NCBI GenBank assembly: GCA_000934665.2
Contig: JYFJ02001637.1
Span: forward strand, 1-64,000
Reading direction: 5' to 3'
DNA from: Catajapyx aquilonaris
Taxonomy: Eukaryota
DNA: 64,000 nucleotides
Below the pieces are notes generated by a model, which did no database searches, was not told the origin of the DNA, and saw only the letters and a program-made list of their open reading frames with translations. Positions 61,047-64,000 of the stretch are shown in pieces; the first letter of the stretch is position 1, and each line of letters starts with the position of its first letter. The translations under genes and the position numbers were made by a program.

Positions 61047-62898
61047 CAATAGAATGTAGCTGAATTTTCAAAATCAGCTATTGACATCTGCTAGATCGCT
61101 AATAGCTGCTTTTGAAAATTCAGTTACATGACTCTTATCACACCAAGTAATTCACTCAAGCTTCTCAATCTTTCTCAGACCAAACAGACCTCAGACCTGG
61201 ACATGTAAGTCCCTGAACAAATTCTGGATGAGGCCAATAAGTCTGTCAAAAGTGTTTTTTGGGGGGGTCGAAAAAGAGGAGAAGAGCAGGTTAAGAGTGA
61301 TGGTCTGGCTGGCGACCGGTATCTGCTCCCAGGGCTTAGATGATCAATATGGCGGCTTGCCGGAGTTAAACGTGAACAAAGGCTTTTGGTCTGATGGATT
61401 TTTCCGCCTCGTGGGCACAAAGGGGAAGAGACCTCGCAAGGGCGGCCGTCACTTTCACTCCGGGCTGCTTAGAACATCGATTCTGCCCCTGGGCTCCTCA
61501 CTGGGGTTTTCGCGAAACGAGATTGTCCAAGAGATGGCCTGACCCACAGTCCGAAAATGTCCGGATTATAAAAATAGCAGCGTCCAAAAATAGCGGTTAT
61601 TTTGACATAAAGTGTCATGGTCGCTCTTTTCAGGACTTCGAATACCGAATATTGGGCAAGTAGTTCCCGAAACCCGCTCCTGGACTTTCCGTCCACTCAG
61701 GGTTCCCAATTTCCCAGGACTAACCTCTCGACCCCTTTCAAGATTCCCTCTTGTTCGCAGACTAGGCCCTGGAGGAGAGGACTCTTATCAAACTCTCTTA
61801 GGCGCCTCCCAATCATCCGCGCCAATGTACTTTTACCTCTCCTAATTAACTTTTCTGGGGGTTATGACCCAGATCCAGACTTGCCTGGTCCTATACCGAT
61901 AATGGAAAGAAAAATACTGCTGGGGAGGGTGGGTTAAACAATGTCCTTTTGTTATTGGACGCTTGTTAGTTTAGTGGGGAATTACCCTGGGGGTCAATAC
62001 ACCAAATGCAGCCTATTTCCGATAACAGGGCTGGGCCTAGCTAGGCCTAGCTCACGTTCTCGCCCTAAAGTGTCATGGCCGCCTTATATCGGACAAGTGT
62101 GCATATACTACGGTATATATATCAAGTAGAGTCATGCGTTTATAATAATGTAGTGCACACACAGAATTATCGTTTCGAATTTTGCATTCAATGTTACTGC
62201 TTTGTCATTGTGTAGCCTACAATATTTCCATGCATTATCCAGACTACAAACCATGCGTAGCAGTTTTGCATTTGTGCGGTTACAGCGAACGAGGCCTTCT
62301 CGCCAGCACTTTATTTGAAAATACACCGTTCAGCTATTTTCACATTTGTATCCAAATTTATACAGAGCAGCGCAGTATATGCATGGGAGACCATGTGAAA
62401 AATTATGCACACTATTGGAGAAGAACTTCTAAAATGTGTATGAATATTACTTTAAATAGTTCGTTTGTAGTTTATAGCCCTCCTGAGATCCTATTAAGGT
62501 CAGTCATGCATAGAACACTTTCAGGATAACTCAGATTACAAAATCTGCTAAATGTTTCTATTCATATTGATCACCATCCTTTCATGTCTCTAGGTTTAAT
62601 TATACGCTATTGGTTAGAGTATACAAACGGAAACGGACGTTTCAAACGGGGGACTACATTAAAACGGTGTTTGCCTCCTAAAATCTAGCATTAGTCCGGT
62701 TTTACAAAGTCACTAAATCTCCGCATCGTGAGGCAGAATTTAAACAAGAACGAACCCGACACCCTAATCCGATAGAGTAAATTCCAATCTGGTTAACCCC
62801 CTATGTAATCACAGCTGCATGTGTTGGCCCCATAATCCGACGGGCAAGCTTTTGCAAAAAGGAGGTTTCCAGCTCTTAAAATTTACGGCTTTTTTGCG

Positions 62899-62956
62899 TA
62901 GAACGTGGGTTTTAAGTATAGGTATAGAATCTAGAATGTGGGTTTTAAGTATAGGT
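62899..62956. repeat. Short tandem duplication
   Basis: TAGAA(C/T)GTGGGTTTTAAGTATAGGTA occurs twice. Confidence 0.75.
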
Positions 62957-64000
62957 AGGTTTCCTGGTTGTTGTGTAGGTGTGTGTGTGTGTTTTGTTTC
63001 ATTCCACCACCTCACGCAGCCAATATTGGTTCCCACTCGGGCAGATATCGGAAACTATTTCGCGGATAAACCAAAATGGAAAACGCCAGGCCAGAGATGG
63101 CAATCGGCGGGGGACCATCCCGACCAGACACAGATCGTCTTTATTTCCCAGGCACGAAACATGCTCCTTTCTCTTCCACAGCCCACAGCCGCCTTTTCCT
63201 TCTTCTATACGATGGCATGTCGAAAAAAATCTGGGATATCTGAAATACCAGACACGAACGTGCTGGATGTTGGTCTGTTATATTGTTGTTGTTTGTTTTT
63301 TTAAAATTAACAAACAACAACACTAAAACCCTGTGGGTTGGTTAGAGAGGCTCTAGGTAGCCTAGGGAGAGAGTTGCCAACTTATGACGTCAGTTAATGT
63401 CCTAAGGAGGACGCCATCTTGCGGTGCTGACGTCACGGTCGACTGGCTGGGACCAGCAACGCAAGATGGCGGCATCAGGACATAAATTAATTTGCATAGT
63501 TTACTTACACATTATTTACCCTTACTGGTTACGACAGTACAACATTAGTAAAGACCATGCGGTATGTACGCCAATTTTTTACAAAAATTCGATACGACGC
63601 GCAGTTTCCATGTTAATGTCAACCGCGTAGGCTACCTCTTTGTGCACATTAAATATGCAGTGTTTTTGTACTCCACGCGCAATTTAATTCCCCTAGGCAA
63701 CCTCATGACCATCCCGATAATGCGAGCCTCACGGGCTTAAAAATAAAAACGTGCGTTTATAAGTGTTGCATGCCGCCCGAGTGAAAATACAACCCCGCGT
63801 AAAAACTCCAATCAGTGGCTAATTAGAGTTAATAGCACACTAGTAATTGGGACAATGTGCATTGCTCTGAAAATAATTATTTCTCTCCGGGCCAGGAAAG
63901 GTAAACATCAGTTCCAATTTTGTAAGCGGTTGGTTAGCAGCTTGATTGATGGTGACGTCACAAGTTTTTTTTAAAAAAAATATAATTGCTCCGGTCTTGG

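Noticed and set aside
19900..64000. Many 60-160-aa ORFs in the right-hand 44 kb
   Set aside because: They show no domain motifs, are low-complexity from homopolymer runs, and form no chain of phase-compatible exons that I could build. Micro-exons cannot be excluded.
19600..64000. Conserved miRNAs (bantam, let-7, miR-10, iab-4 and others), snRNAs, hammerhead ribozymes
   Set aside because: Only short partial matches by eye (e.g. CTGATGA at ~19724 and ~27196 without the rest of a hammerhead core). An Infernal/Rfam scan would be decisive.

Overview
Eukaryotic genomic DNA, most likely from an arthropod or other protostome (it has an ionotropic chemoreceptor gene and short GT-AG introns). The first ~19 kb hold four spliced genes whose exons I reconstructed by hand with consistent phases: a divergent ionotropic receptor (+, 2 exons, 680 aa); a secreted coiled-coil plus fibrinogen-domain protein (-, 4 exons, 356 aa); the complete DNA polymerase epsilon catalytic subunit POLE (+, 10 exons, 2287 aa); and a small four-transmembrane DUF4728/LAPTM-like gene (-, 4 exons, 149 aa) that the ORF track only partly captures. 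Between the divergent FREP and POLE genes lies a 1.4-kb decayed DNA transposon with GAG...CTC termini and an ATTT target duplication (Sola-like). The remaining ~45 kb has no credible coding sequence. It is a gene desert or giant intron with G/C-run-rich blocks and AT-rich spacers that carry many short non-autonomous elements (mini-Helitrons, Tc1/mariner- and hAT-type MITEs, a tRNA-Gly-derived SINE), minisatellites and hairpins. I could not find a convincing new biological system. The best leads are modest and are listed below.
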